From assembly GCA_963663405.2 (NCBI GenBank), contig CAXXSM010000111.1:1-56578 (forward strand): a stretch of 56,578 nucleotides of DNA, in the 5' to 3' direction. Below, piece by piece: positions 29,152 to 39,600 of this stretch (the first letter of the stretch is position 1; each line of letters begins with the position of its first letter). A model generated the notes under the pieces. That model did no database searches. It was not told where the DNA came from and saw nothing but the letters and a program-made list of their open reading frames with translations. Made by a program: the position numbers and the translations under genes. The DNA is from a bacterium (GTDB lineage: Bacteria > Hinthialibacterota > Hinthialibacteria > Hinthialibacterales > Hinthialibacteraceae).

Positions 29152-31197
29152 ATGATGGTTATTATGAAACAACAAGATCCTTCACGAATTGATTTATACA
29201 TCCGGCAAGCGATTGAGTCCTTTCACCAGCGGGACTACACGAACGCGGAACGGACGTTGCGGGAAGCGATATCGATCGCCCCTCATGCGATCGAACCACG
29301 TTATCATTTAGCGAATCTCTTGGAAATTGACAACCGATTCGAAGAATTGGTCTCCACACTGGAACCCATAAAAAACGATCCCCGCATTGGACCGGAATAC
29401 CGCTGGTTTCTCTTCCAAACTCGCTGGAACACAGGGGATACACATGCCGCCGCGCAAATCGCCAAAGAAATCGCCAATCAATCCAACCTGAATAAAAAAC
29501 GTAAAAAATCGTTAATGGATTTCAGCCGCCAAACAGGGAACTGGCGGCTATTCCGCTCACTTACAAAACAATTCGGGGATCGAAAGGATCGGCGCGAAGC
29601 GGGTCTGATCGCTCCCATCCATTCTTTTTTACGTCTCTTGCCACCCCAATGGCGGCGTGGATTGATCCGATCGCTTAGCCGGTATTTCTTGACTCGGAAT
29701 CGCTGGCGGATCACCCGCGTCCTGCTGGCCGCCGCGCGTTTCTCCGATCCTCAATGGCCCGAATGGCCCCGCTCATTAGGACAGATCGAACGCGCCGTCC
29801 GGGATTGTTACGATCCAGAATACATGCGCGAGAAGAGATGGTATGACGCCGCGCTTCAACTCGATCCAACAGATGAAGAAGCGTTTCATGGATTGTGCCT
29901 CACATTAAACGACATGGGACACTGGGACGCTCTTTTGAAATTAGTGGAATCCAAGCTGAAAGGAGATCCATCATTGTTTTTTCATCAGATCCAAGCGGTC
30001 TGTTATTGCAATCTGGATCGAGATCAAATCGCGGACAAACACTATCAACAACTCGAAGAACGAATGGATACAAAACACCCTCGCTTATACCGCGGATTAA
30101 TTGCCCTGCGAAATCAGCAGTGGGAGCAAGCCGCCGCGTTATTCCACTACCAAACCAAAGAGCGTAGTATACAAGTCCTCGGTGATTTCTTCTTCGCCGC
30201 CGCGCAGCGATTGACGTCTTGTGACTCCCCCGCAATGATTGATGGGCAGACAATTCTTGATGCGCTTCAAATTTCAGATGAGGAAACCTCATTGCGGTTA
30301 CCGCCTGCCTCCCATGATGAACCCTGCGTTCTCTGTGGCCGCCGGGGAGAACGGATTCCGTTGTGGCGGGACACAACAAGTGGTTGGATTCGAGTTCGCT
30401 GCCCTTCCTGTTCGCTGATCTCGGTTTCTCCCATTCCCTCAGCCAAAGAAATCAGCGCCCTCTACAACCAACCTGGAAGTGAAGACAAATCCTTGTCCAT
30501 TCGCTGCCGCAGGAACGTCGATGATCTTGATGGCGCGGATGAAAAAGCCTGCCGCCAAAATCCTCTCTTCCTCTCAATCACACAATGGGGAGATGATTTC
30601 TGTTGGGAGGATTTCGAACATGCGCTGGGAAAAGAGAAAAAATATTTGGATATAGGTTGTGCGGCGGGATTGGCCGTACGGATTTTTGAGAAATGCGGCT
30701 GGCGGACCGAAGGAATTGACATCGATCAGAAAGCCATCTCGTTTGGACGATCAAAAGGCCTTAACCTGCGTATAGGCTCTATCGATTCGCTTCAAGCATT
30801 AAATAACCACTATCATGTGATCACTCTAATTGATGTAATCGAACACGTCGGTGATCCAACAGAACTCATACAGAAAATTTACCAATTCGTAGCGCCCGGC
30901 GGTCTGTTCGTTGTCAAAACTCCCTCCGCCGATAGTCTGCCTCACCACTTTCTGGGGAACCGCTGGCTGGAAGCGAGTGAACACCTCCACTTTTTCAGCC
31001 GGACTACACTAAGCCGTCTGCTGGAGGACGTTGGATTCCACATCCAAGCCTTCAAACAAACAATGGAAGCGCCCACCGCCTATCTCCATTCAAAAGAATG
31101 GAAGGAACGATTTTTCCCCGAATTGTTCGAAGAATGGATCGAGCGCCTTCGCGTTGGTGATACAATTTTCGCTCTCGCTAAAAAACCGGTTGAATAG
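29152..31197 (+). CDS. TPR-repeat protein fused to a zinc ribbon and class I SAM-dependent methyltransferase
   Basis: TPR-like helices; CVLC...CPSC; YLDIGCAAG; DVIEHVGDP...APGG; EHLHFFS. Confidence 0.85.
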   Translation: MMVIMKQQDPSRIDLYIRQAIESFHQRDYTNAERTLREAISIAPHAIEPRYHLANLLEIDNRFEELVSTLEPIKNDPRIGPEYRWFLFQTRWNTGDTHAAAQIAKEIANQSNLNKKRKKSLMDFSRQTGNWRLFRSLTKQFGDRKDRREAGLIAPIHSFLRLLPPQWRRGLIRSLSRYFLTRNRWRITRVLLAAARFSDPQWPEWPRSLGQIERAVRDCYDPEYMREKRWYDAALQLDPTDEEAFHGLCLTLNDMGHWDALLKLVESKLKGDPSLFFHQIQAVCYCNLDRDQIADKHYQQLEERMDTKHPRLYRGLIALRNQQWEQAAALFHYQTKERSIQVLGDFFFAAAQRLTSCDSPAMIDGQTILDALQISDEETSLRLPPASHDEPCVLCGRRGERIPLWRDTTSGWIRVRCPSCSLISVSPIPSAKEISALYNQPGSEDKSLSIRCRRNVDDLDGADEKACRQNPLFLSITQWGDDFCWEDFEHALGKEKKYLDIGCAAGLAVRIFEKCGWRTEGIDIDQKAISFGRSKGLNLRIGSIDSLQALNNHYHVITLIDVIEHVGDPTELIQKIYQFVAPGGLFVVKTPSADSLPHHFLGNRWLEASEHLHFFSRTTLSRLLEDVGFHIQAFKQTMEAPTAYLHSKEWKERFFPELFEEWIERLRVGDTIFALAKKPVE

Positions 31198-31401
31198 ATT
31201 CTTTCAAGGCCAATATACGAATTCATCTCTCAGACTTCCTCCGTGCCTTGAAAGAATTTGCAGAAACTAAATTCTAAATGTATGGCTAGATTTCTAAAAA
31301 GGAGTTGAATGAATAGTCATTTCAATTATATTACGATATAATAGTTCTGCTGGAAATCTGCGCTTCGATTACCCAAATCTCTTTCTTGGAGGAAACTTTA
31401 T

Positions 31402-33213
31402 ATGCGTTTTCGCCTTTCTTCTCCCCAGAAGACCTTTGTACGACTCGTTATTCTCGTTGGTTTCATCATTGTCATTGGCTATGATTTAGCCTCCACACTC
31501 CAAAACACATCTTCAACCGAAGCCATCCCCGTTTCTCAATTGATCGATGACGGTGTCCCGCCGGATTATACAACGAAAGTCTCTTTTATCCGGTCGGATG
31601 ATTCTTGTCTGAGCAATCCCGTCCCGCTTGATGAGGAACTCACCCTCGAACAGTATATCGATATGGTATACGCGCTTCTCGATATGTCAGGTGAACTCAC
31701 TCCGCTTCTGTTCGAAGGCGCTCACGTCGTCATAAAACCGAACGTTGTGGAGTTCGCTGAACTGGGCAATGGTGTTAATACCGATCCCCGCATGATCGAA
31801 GGTCTGATCCGATGGATGGAAGACCGGGGGCCGGATGGTTTGCAATACACTGTCGCTGAAGCGGCGGGGGGTTGGATTTCCAGCGAGATGCGGCATACGA
31901 AATACTACTCCAGCGGCACGTCGGGCGATGGATACCGGGAAGCGGGATACACCGATATGCAGCAGCGCCTTGCCGATGATGGAATCACCATGGATATCGT
32001 CGACGCCAATTTCGGTTCGTACGATAATCCTCTTGAAGGCATTCGCTACGTCCCGGTTCCTGAATGGATTGATTTTCCCGAAGCCAGCGGATACTGGGTT
32101 CACGAAGTCCTCCTCAATGCCGACGTGTTGATCAATACGCCGGTAATGAAAATACACAATCCCCAAATTACAGTTTGTCTTAAGAACTACATCGGCATCG
32201 CCGCCGGTGCGAAATATGGCACCTATAAAGGTGTCGGCGGACCGGATCCAGGCGATCCCCGTCTTCACAAAGACTATCCCACGCGCAACTCGGTCGAAAA
32301 AGAGATTGTCGATCTGGCTTCTCTCGCGCCCGCTGATTTTTCTCTCGTCGACGCCGTGATTTGTAAAGAACGGGCCAAGACCGCCTCCTCTCCCTCCGTG
32401 CGTAGAAATATGATGATCGCCGGTACCGATATGGTCGCGATCGATACAATCTGTTCGCTGCTGATGGGACTCAATCCCGATGACGTTTCCCATCTCTATA
32501 CCGCCGCCCGTGAAGGATTCGGTACGATGGATTTGGATCGTATCACCGTTGAAGGGGAACATACAATCGAAGAATCAGCCTATTATTTCGTACGCACCCC
32601 GCAAGGCGATTCGGGAAACCGGGGACATTTCGGCATGAGCAACCGGATCTGGCTGCTCAACGCCGCTTCAGGAACCGATATCGATACGTCGTACCTGAGT
32701 GTGCCCGACGCGGAATTGATCGGTATCCCCGGCTCGGATGGTTGGACGGAACCGATTCAGTTCTCAGATGATATCATCGACTTCGAAGCCTATTACGGCG
32801 CGACAAACGATAACGTCTATTACGCCTTCAGCTGGCTCACGGTTCCAGAAGAACAGGACGCCGAATTGTGGATCTCTCATGACGAATCCTGCGCCGTTTG
32901 GATCGGCGGTGAGCAAGTCTACTACAAAAAAGTTCGCTATCAAGAAACGGCGTTGCCCGATCAATCTTCTGCAACGATTCATCTAACGGCGGGCCGTCAT
33001 CCAATGATCGTCAAACTGGTTGACACTTCACGGACAGCGCCGTTCGTGTTGAATATCTGCCGCATCCTGCCCGACACGCTCCCGGCGGGAAAAGCGACTT
33101 ATACAAATTTAAGAACCAGTTCAAATTATAGACGCTATGAAGGCACCCGCGTTCTCGGTCTGAAATACGACACCGGAACCGCTTCCACAACCCCAAATTG
33201 GGATCAATACTAA
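31402..33213 (+). CDS. DUF362 domain protein with N-terminal signal/anchor, extra C-terminal beta domain and W-x-x-Y tail
   Basis: VVIKPN, TDP, VAEA, INTPVMKIH, TVCLKNYIG and DMVAID motifs; ends STTPNWDQY. Confidence 0.8.
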   Translation: MRFRLSSPQKTFVRLVILVGFIIVIGYDLASTLQNTSSTEAIPVSQLIDDGVPPDYTTKVSFIRSDDSCLSNPVPLDEELTLEQYIDMVYALLDMSGELTPLLFEGAHVVIKPNVVEFAELGNGVNTDPRMIEGLIRWMEDRGPDGLQYTVAEAAGGWISSEMRHTKYYSSGTSGDGYREAGYTDMQQRLADDGITMDIVDANFGSYDNPLEGIRYVPVPEWIDFPEASGYWVHEVLLNADVLINTPVMKIHNPQITVCLKNYIGIAAGAKYGTYKGVGGPDPGDPRLHKDYPTRNSVEKEIVDLASLAPADFSLVDAVICKERAKTASSPSVRRNMMIAGTDMVAIDTICSLLMGLNPDDVSHLYTAAREGFGTMDLDRITVEGEHTIEESAYYFVRTPQGDSGNRGHFGMSNRIWLLNAASGTDIDTSYLSVPDAELIGIPGSDGWTEPIQFSDDIIDFEAYYGATNDNVYYAFSWLTVPEEQDAELWISHDESCAVWIGGEQVYYKKVRYQETALPDQSSATIHLTAGRHPMIVKLVDTSRTAPFVLNICRILPDTLPAGKATYTNLRTSSNYRRYEGTRVLGLKYDTGTASTTPNWDQY

Positions 33214-33221
33214 GCTAAAAA

Positions 33222-33383
33222 GGTGGGTAAAAATTGTAGGGTGGGCTAAATACCGGCGCGCTCGCGCCGGAGCCTTAAGCGCAGCGTAGCCCACCGTATG
33301 CAGGATTGTAGGATTGGCTAAAAGCGAAGCGTAGGGCGCCAAAATTAAAAGTGTAGCCCGCCACAAGGAAATTTTGACCCACC
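33222..33383. repeat. Nested GTAG-type REP-like palindromic cluster
   Basis: Outer stem GGTGGGTAAAAATT / AATTTTGACCCACC; inner GTAGGGTGGGCTA...TAGCCCACC enclosing CCGGCGCG-ct-CGCGCCGG; further GTAG units. Confidence 0.7.
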
Positions 33384-33427
33384 CTCCACAACGCTAACTC
33401 AGCGATAAAAAAAGGCGATCCATTCCA

Positions 33428-34363
33428 TTGATCTTCGAATGGGTAAAAAGTTATATCGCGTTATTCCACGATTCGCACACTGTCCGGATACTAGGAGAGA
33501 TGGGAACGCTTTTCGTTTCTATCCTCCCCGGTTTCCTCGTCGGGCTTCTCTTCTCATCGTATTTCGTCGCGCTGAATCCCGTCCAACAGATTAAACGATG
33601 GACCCATTCCCGCGGCGCCGGAGCGGTCGTGTTCATGGCGTTCGCAGGCGTGCTCTCTCCCTTCTGTTCGTACTTGGCGGTCCCCATCGCCGCGTCCCTG
33701 ATCGCGGGGGGGATCACACCGGCGCCCGTGATCGCCTTTTTATGCGCGACTCCATTGATGAATCCAACCCTCTTCGCCATGACCTGGAGTATGTTCGGCT
33801 GGCCGATGGCGGCGGCTCGGGCGCTTTCTGCGTTTGGATTTGGAATACTCGGCGGGTACATCGCCAGCCGGTTCGAAAAACGTTTAAACAATCTGATTGC
33901 CAACCGCCTGCCCAAGGTCTCATCCGTCCTGGTGGATCAAAATCCAGATCCCTCTCTCAAAAAACGCTGGCTCCATTCGGCCCGGCATCTAGGCTGGTTC
34001 GCATTAAAATATGTGACGCTGGGGATCGCGATCGCGGCGGTTGTGAAAGAGTTTGTGCCGATGGAGTGGGTCGAAGCGGCGGTCGGAAGGCAATATGGAT
34101 ACAGCGTCCTGCTTGGAGCGCTTCTGGGCATCCCCCTCTACGCTTGTGGCGGGGGTACAATCCCGATGATTCAAGTGCTGATGGATATGGGAATGGCGCC
34201 CGGCGCCGCCCTCGCGTTCTTCATCGCGGGCCCGGCGACCAAACTCCCCACCCTCACCGCCATGAACATCACGATGGGACTAACCATCACCACCGCCTAC
34301 CTAATCCTCAGCCTAATCTGGTCCATCCTCGCTGGTATGGTTTTTCAAGGATTTTATTTGTGA
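33428..34363 (+). CDS. Predicted permease (ArsP_1/YraQ/DUF318 family)
   Basis: PFCS, AFLCATPLMNP, PLYACGGGTIP, AFFIAGPAT; multiple TM helices. Confidence 0.85.
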   Translation: MIFEWVKSYIALFHDSHTVRILGEMGTLFVSILPGFLVGLLFSSYFVALNPVQQIKRWTHSRGAGAVVFMAFAGVLSPFCSYLAVPIAASLIAGGITPAPVIAFLCATPLMNPTLFAMTWSMFGWPMAAARALSAFGFGILGGYIASRFEKRLNNLIANRLPKVSSVLVDQNPDPSLKKRWLHSARHLGWFALKYVTLGIAIAAVVKEFVPMEWVEAAVGRQYGYSVLLGALLGIPLYACGGGTIPMIQVLMDMGMAPGAALAFFIAGPATKLPTLTAMNITMGLTITTAYLILSLIWSILAGMVFQGFYL

Positions 34364-34371
34364 CGAGATGG

Positions 34372-37300
34372 TTATTGGCAATCTTCCACAATCCCCAATC
34401 CGTCTAATTCCTCGTATACCCAATACGGAACTTCCAGCAAATTCACCTGATCGGTTGTATCAATAATAATCGTAACCGGCAGGTTTGGATTTGCGGAATA
34501 ATCTGGAGGATTCGTAGGACCGTTAGCGATGACAGAATTGTAAATAGTGGAGGCGATTCCCTGATCCCATGAGATATACCCCCCGCTGTCAATCCCATTT
34601 CCACCGATTGTGGGCGTTCCGTTAAACAATAGCATCCAGATCACCGCCTGGATCTCATTATTCGAAGGCGCAAGAGAATCAAACGTGCCAATGCGGTAAT
34701 TCACTAACAGATAATTCACCAACGCAAAATGTCCGGGATAATCAACCAGAGAACAGACCGATGTTTCGGAAGTATAGAGACTCACATTGTCATACCACTT
34801 ACCCAGCTGAATTTTTGTCAACATATCCGCGCACCACGCGGGATAGATCTCGTTCCCTCCCAGCGCCGTTGCAGGGATGAATCGCGCGTCAAAATAACCA
34901 TCATCGACGCCAGGAACATCTGCAGTAGGCCAATACCGCCCGCCCAATCCATCTCCATTCACGAGATAACTCCTGTCAATCGAAACACAATCAAAAGGAT
35001 CGAGTCCATTCTGAGGCGAATAATAAAAATCAGGGCCAATCCGGTTTTGCAGGACAAGAACAGCCGCCCAATCATCGCAGGAGAGATTGTTATTACTGAC
35101 ATCCACATAATCTCCCGCTCCAATACCTATATTGGCGATGAGACTGGAAAGGTTTGATAATTGATTGTTGGAACAATGAAGATCGATGAGAGCAGTACAG
35201 TTCGATACATTCAGGCTGGTTAATTGATTGTCATAACAGAAGAGTGATTCTAACGCGGGATTGCCGGAAACATCCAAACTCTGTAAATTATTCTCTTCAC
35301 AGAGGAGACTGATCAAATCTACGTTTTGGGATACATCTAGAGTCGCTAAATAATTCAATCCACAAATAAGCGATTCCAAATCTCCATTATGAGATACATC
35401 CAAACTGGGTAATTGATTGTTATAACTGTTGAGATCCAATAATAAGGAACAGTGAGAGACATCCAGATTGGTTAATTGATTCTCACTGCAGTCGAAAAAA
35501 GTCAGTCTGGAAGCGCTGGATATATTCAGGCTGGTCAATAGATTGTTATTGCAAAAAATAGTTTCTAAAGCGCTTGAGCCGGGAACAATCAGGCTTGCTA
35601 ACTCATTATTACTGCAGGTAAGATTAGTTAAGGCGGTATTGATGGAGATATTTAAGTTTGTTAATTGATTCCCGCTGCAATTAAAACCATCAATACTTGC
35701 AAAATACTCAATCCCAGTTACATTTTGGATAAATTGATTGGAGCAATTCAGATTTCCAATTTTTGTCACTGCGTCAGTAGCGAGAATAATTCCACCCGGC
35801 GCAACGCCCATGAAATTCTCCACAGCGTTGCGGAAATTCGGATCGGGGAAATTCTCTGGAGTGTTGATATTGCAGGCAAACGGATCCATGCCATTCTGGG
35901 GAAGAATATGAAAATCAAAACCGATCCAATTTTGTAGTGTAATAATATCAATTAAGTCATCGCATGATAGATTATTGTATCTTAAATCAATATAACTCGA
36001 TTTAGTGAAATTAATACTTTTGGCTAGACCAGAAATGTTAGTTAATTGATTGTGGCTACAATTGAAATAATTATAAATTTGATTATCAGAGATTTGAAGG
36101 CTGCTTAATTGATTGGAACTACAATGGAGACTTGTGAGACTTGGCGCGTTTGAAATGTCTAGACTTTTTAATTCATTGATGTAGCAATAGAGTGTTTCCA
36201 ACGCGGTGTTATTCGAGAGATTCAAACTGGGAATTTGATTTTCATTGCAATCGAGATATACCAAAGCAGTATTAAGGCTGATGTCCAGAGTTGTTAGTTG
36301 GTTTTTACCGCATTGGAGCCATTCTAATGCCATGTTATGTGAGACATCCAAGGTTGGTATATGATTGTTCGAGCACGCGAGATGCTGTAAAGAAGTATTG
36401 TGGGATACGTCCAGTCTGGTTAAGTGATTCCCATAGCACCACAGTTCTTGTATACCTGTAAAAAATTGAATTCCTGTCAAATCTGTGATATTTCGATAGA
36501 TACAATCGAGACGGTCCGTCTTCGCCGCCGCGTCGGTCGCGGTGAAAATCCCCCCCGGAGCGACGCCCATAAAATTCTCCACAGCGCTTCGAAAATTTGG
36601 ATCCGGAAAATTGGTCGCTGTATTAATATTATCACTGGACGCGCACACAAATGGATCCATCCCATTCTGAGGGGAATAACTCAAAATCACACCCCGATTT
36701 TGCAATTCAACAATATCGTCCCAATCATCGCAGGTTAAATTGTTGTATCGTACATCGACGACATCACTTGCTCCTAAACCCAGATTAGCGGCTAGACTCG
36801 AAATATTTGGTAATTGATTGTTATGACAATCTACATAGACGAAATCTGTAACGTTAAGGACATTCAGATTTGATAATTGATTGTCATGGCAAGTGAGATA
36901 CGTTAAAGCGGTATTATTGCATAGATCTAAGCTGGAAAGTTGATTCGTATTGCAATTAAGTCCTTCAATACCGCTAAAATATTCAATTCCGGACGCAGAA
37001 AGTATATTTTGACTTGCGCAATCCAAATTACCCGCCTTAGCGCCTGCATCATAGGCAGTGATAATTCCATCCGGAGACACTCCCATAAAACTTTCCAGCG
37101 CACGTCTGAAATTTTGATCGGGGATATGAATAGGTGTGTTGATATTGCAATCAAATGGATACAAACCATTCTGTGGAGAATAATGAAACCGGTAATGTAC
37201 AATCCGTTTTTTTAAAGCAAAAATATCAGCCAAATCATCACAGTCTAAATTATTGTAACTTATATCAATATAATCACTACCTTGAAGACCTGGATTGGCG

Positions 37301-39240
37301 ATTAGACTTGAAATACTTATTAATTCATTGTGATAGCAACTCAAGTTTTCTAAAGCAGTGTTGTTTGAGACATTCAGACTGGTTAATCCATTATTATAGC
37401 AGTAAAGATATATCAAAGCTATGTTGTGAGAGATATCTAGGCTTGTAAGTTGGTTATATTCGCATCGCAGAAGTTCTAAGAGCGTATTCTGAGAGACATC
37501 TAGGCTTGTTAACTGATTGTTATTGCATAAAAGAGTGACTAAAGAAGTAGCGCTACTGACATTTAGGCTGGATAATTGATTGTTATAGCATTGGAGAAAA
37601 GTCAAAGCCACATTCTGCGAGAGATCCAAACTGGTTAATTGATTATTGTTGCAGAAAATCTCCTGTATCCCAGTAAAAAACTCGATACCAGTCATATCAG
37701 TAATATTATCGTATTCACAGTCGATTCTCCCTGTCTTCGACGCCGCGTTGGTCGCGGTAAAAATCCCTCCCGGAGCGACGCCCATAAAATTCTCCACAGC
37801 GCTTCGAAAATTTGGATCTGGAAAATTGGTCGCTGTATTAATATTATCACTGGACGCGCACACAAATGGATCCATCCCATTCTGAGGGGAATAACTCAAA
37901 ATCACACCACGATTTTGCAATGCGATAATATCATCCCAATCATCGCAGGTTAAATTGTTATATCTGACATCAACTTCATCTCCCGATCCCAACCCAGGGT
38001 TGGCAGTCAGACTTGAAATACTGATGAGTTGGTTATTGAGGCAGGATAATCGTTTCAAAAATGGATTGTTCATAACGTCTAGGCTGTTTAAATGATTTTG
38101 AGAGCAGAACAATCGTTCCAATAATGAATTATTTGAAAGATCCAAACTGGTTAATTGATTGCTAAAGCAGGATAGGAAATTCAAAGCCAGATTCTGCGAG
38201 ACATCCAAATCCGTTAATTGATTCCCATAGCAGGAAAGTTCTTCTAAAGCGGTGGCATTCGAGACATCCAAGCTGGTCAATTGATTCCCAAAACAGTCGA
38301 GATCCAGTAAAGCGGGATTATTTGATATATTAAGATATGTTAATTGATTTTGGTAGCAATAGAGAGTTTCTAAGGCTGTGTTTTTAGATACATCTAAACT
38401 GGTTAATTGATTGCGATAGCAGTAAAGCAAATCGATCCCGGTAAAATACTCGATACCGGTCATGCTGCTAATATTATGAAAACAGCAGATAAAATGATCT
38501 GTCTTCACCGCCGCTTCAGTGGCGGTAAAAACACCACCGGATACCACCCCCATATACTCTTCAACAAAATCCCGAAACTGTGGATCTGGAAAATTCGTCG
38601 CTGTATTGATATTGTCTATCGCCGCGCAATAAAAGGGATCCATCCCATTCTGCGGGGAATAATTTACAATCACGCCCCGGTTTTCAAGGGTTAGAATATT
38701 TCTCCAGTCATCACAGGTCAGATTGTTGTATCGTAGATCCACTTCATCACTTGCTTCTAAAATCGGCGAAGCGATAAGACTGGTAATATCTGTTAATTGA
38801 TTGTTATTACATTTCAGATTCGTTAAACTGGATGCGCCTGCGATCACTAAACCGCCGATCTGATTCCAACTGCAATCGATTTGGATCAAATCGGACGCGT
38901 TCGAAATATCCAGGTAGGTCAATTGATTGTTACTGCAATCAAACGCTTCCAGGCTGGAGAAATATTCGATTCCAGTTACGGCGCCGATCGTTTGACTGGC
39001 GCAATCCAAAGTCCCCGTCATCGCCGCTGCTTCAGTCGCGGTAAACACGCCCCCTGGAGCGACGCCCATAAAACTCTCAACACAACTCCGGAAATTCGCA
39101 TCTGGAAAATTGGCCGCTGTGTTGATGTTGATCTGCGCGATGGATGGATTGATCATAATTACGCTGAATAATGATAACAAAAGTATGATTGTTACGTTTC
39201 TAGAATGCTTGAAATAGAGGTATCTATCCACAATAGACAT
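34372..39240 (-). CDS. Large secreted internalin-like LRR protein (six capped LRR modules) with C-terminal thioester-domain-like region
   Basis: Signal peptide; six NINT..[NH][FI]PD..FR caps, LxxLxCxxNQLTSLDVS repeats, PQNG[ML]xPF closers; C-terminal AWCAD...IQAVIW...DQVNLL. Confidence 0.9.
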   Translation of the reverse strand: MSIVDRYLYFKHSRNVTIILLLSLFSVIMINPSIAQININTAANFPDANFRSCVESFMGVAPGGVFTATEAAAMTGTLDCASQTIGAVTGIEYFSSLEAFDCSNNQLTYLDISNASDLIQIDCSWNQIGGLVIAGASSLTNLKCNNNQLTDITSLIASPILEASDEVDLRYNNLTCDDWRNILTLENRGVIVNYSPQNGMDPFYCAAIDNINTATNFPDPQFRDFVEEYMGVVSGGVFTATEAAVKTDHFICCFHNISSMTGIEYFTGIDLLYCYRNQLTSLDVSKNTALETLYCYQNQLTYLNISNNPALLDLDCFGNQLTSLDVSNATALEELSCYGNQLTDLDVSQNLALNFLSCFSNQLTSLDLSNNSLLERLFCSQNHLNSLDVMNNPFLKRLSCLNNQLISISSLTANPGLGSGDEVDVRYNNLTCDDWDDIIALQNRGVILSYSPQNGMDPFVCASSDNINTATNFPDPNFRSAVENFMGVAPGGIFTATNAASKTGRIDCEYDNITDMTGIEFFTGIQEIFCNNNQLTSLDLSQNVALTFLQCYNNQLSSLNVSSATSLVTLLCNNNQLTSLDVSQNTLLELLRCEYNQLTSLDISHNIALIYLYCYNNGLTSLNVSNNTALENLSCYHNELISISSLIANPGLQGSDYIDISYNNLDCDDLADIFALKKRIVHYRFHYSPQNGLYPFDCNINTPIHIPDQNFRRALESFMGVSPDGIITAYDAGAKAGNLDCASQNILSASGIEYFSGIEGLNCNTNQLSSLDLCNNTALTYLTCHDNQLSNLNVLNVTDFVYVDCHNNQLPNISSLAANLGLGASDVVDVRYNNLTCDDWDDIVELQNRGVILSYSPQNGMDPFVCASSDNINTATNFPDPNFRSAVENFMGVAPGGIFTATDAAAKTDRLDCIYRNITDLTGIQFFTGIQELWCYGNHLTRLDVSHNTSLQHLACSNNHIPTLDVSHNMALEWLQCGKNQLTTLDISLNTALVYLDCNENQIPSLNLSNNTALETLYCYINELKSLDISNAPSLTSLHCSSNQLSSLQISDNQIYNYFNCSHNQLTNISGLAKSINFTKSSYIDLRYNNLSCDDLIDIITLQNWIGFDFHILPQNGMDPFACNINTPENFPDPNFRNAVENFMGVAPGGIILATDAVTKIGNLNCSNQFIQNVTGIEYFASIDGFNCSGNQLTNLNISINTALTNLTCSNNELASLIVPGSSALETIFCNNNLLTSLNISSASRLTFFDCSENQLTNLDVSHCSLLLDLNSYNNQLPSLDVSHNGDLESLICGLNYLATLDVSQNVDLISLLCEENNLQSLDVSGNPALESLFCYDNQLTSLNVSNCTALIDLHCSNNQLSNLSSLIANIGIGAGDYVDVSNNNLSCDDWAAVLVLQNRIGPDFYYSPQNGLDPFDCVSIDRSYLVNGDGLGGRYWPTADVPGVDDGYFDARFIPATALGGNEIYPAWCADMLTKIQLGKWYDNVSLYTSETSVCSLVDYPGHFALVNYLLVNYRIGTFDSLAPSNNEIQAVIWMLLFNGTPTIGGNGIDSGGYISWDQGIASTIYNSVIANGPTNPPDYSANPNLPVTIIIDTTDQVNLLEVPYWVYEELDGLGIVEDCQ
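36518..36755. repeat. Intragenic near-identical ~240 bp duplication (partner at ~37733..37970)
   Basis: Long identical stretches such as GGAAAATTGGTCGCTGTATTAATATTATCACTGGACGCGCACACAAATGGATCCATCCCATTCTGAGGGGAATAACTCAAAATCACACC at both sites, 1215 bp apart. Confidence 0.9.
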
Positions 39241-39600
39241 GGTTTTATGCTCCCATTAGTAGTGATTGATGGTGATAATACGCCGTACGTTTACAGATTT
39301 AGATCAATTGTAGTGTAAAAATAGTGATTTGTATATATGAGGTTGGCTGAATAAGCAAAATAATAATAAATATTGAATGAAATATTAACTATGAAAATAT
39401 GGTAAATATGTATAATTACATCACAGAATATATGCGTCAATTTTACGATTGAATTGAATTGTGAAGTTCTTGGATGGAAGGATAGATGTTAATTTTAATA
39501 TTTATTACAATTTATTATACTCAAAATCGGGATGTTATATGAACGTTATTGGTATTATATGAAATAATATATTTCGAAATGTAAAAATATAGATTTATAA

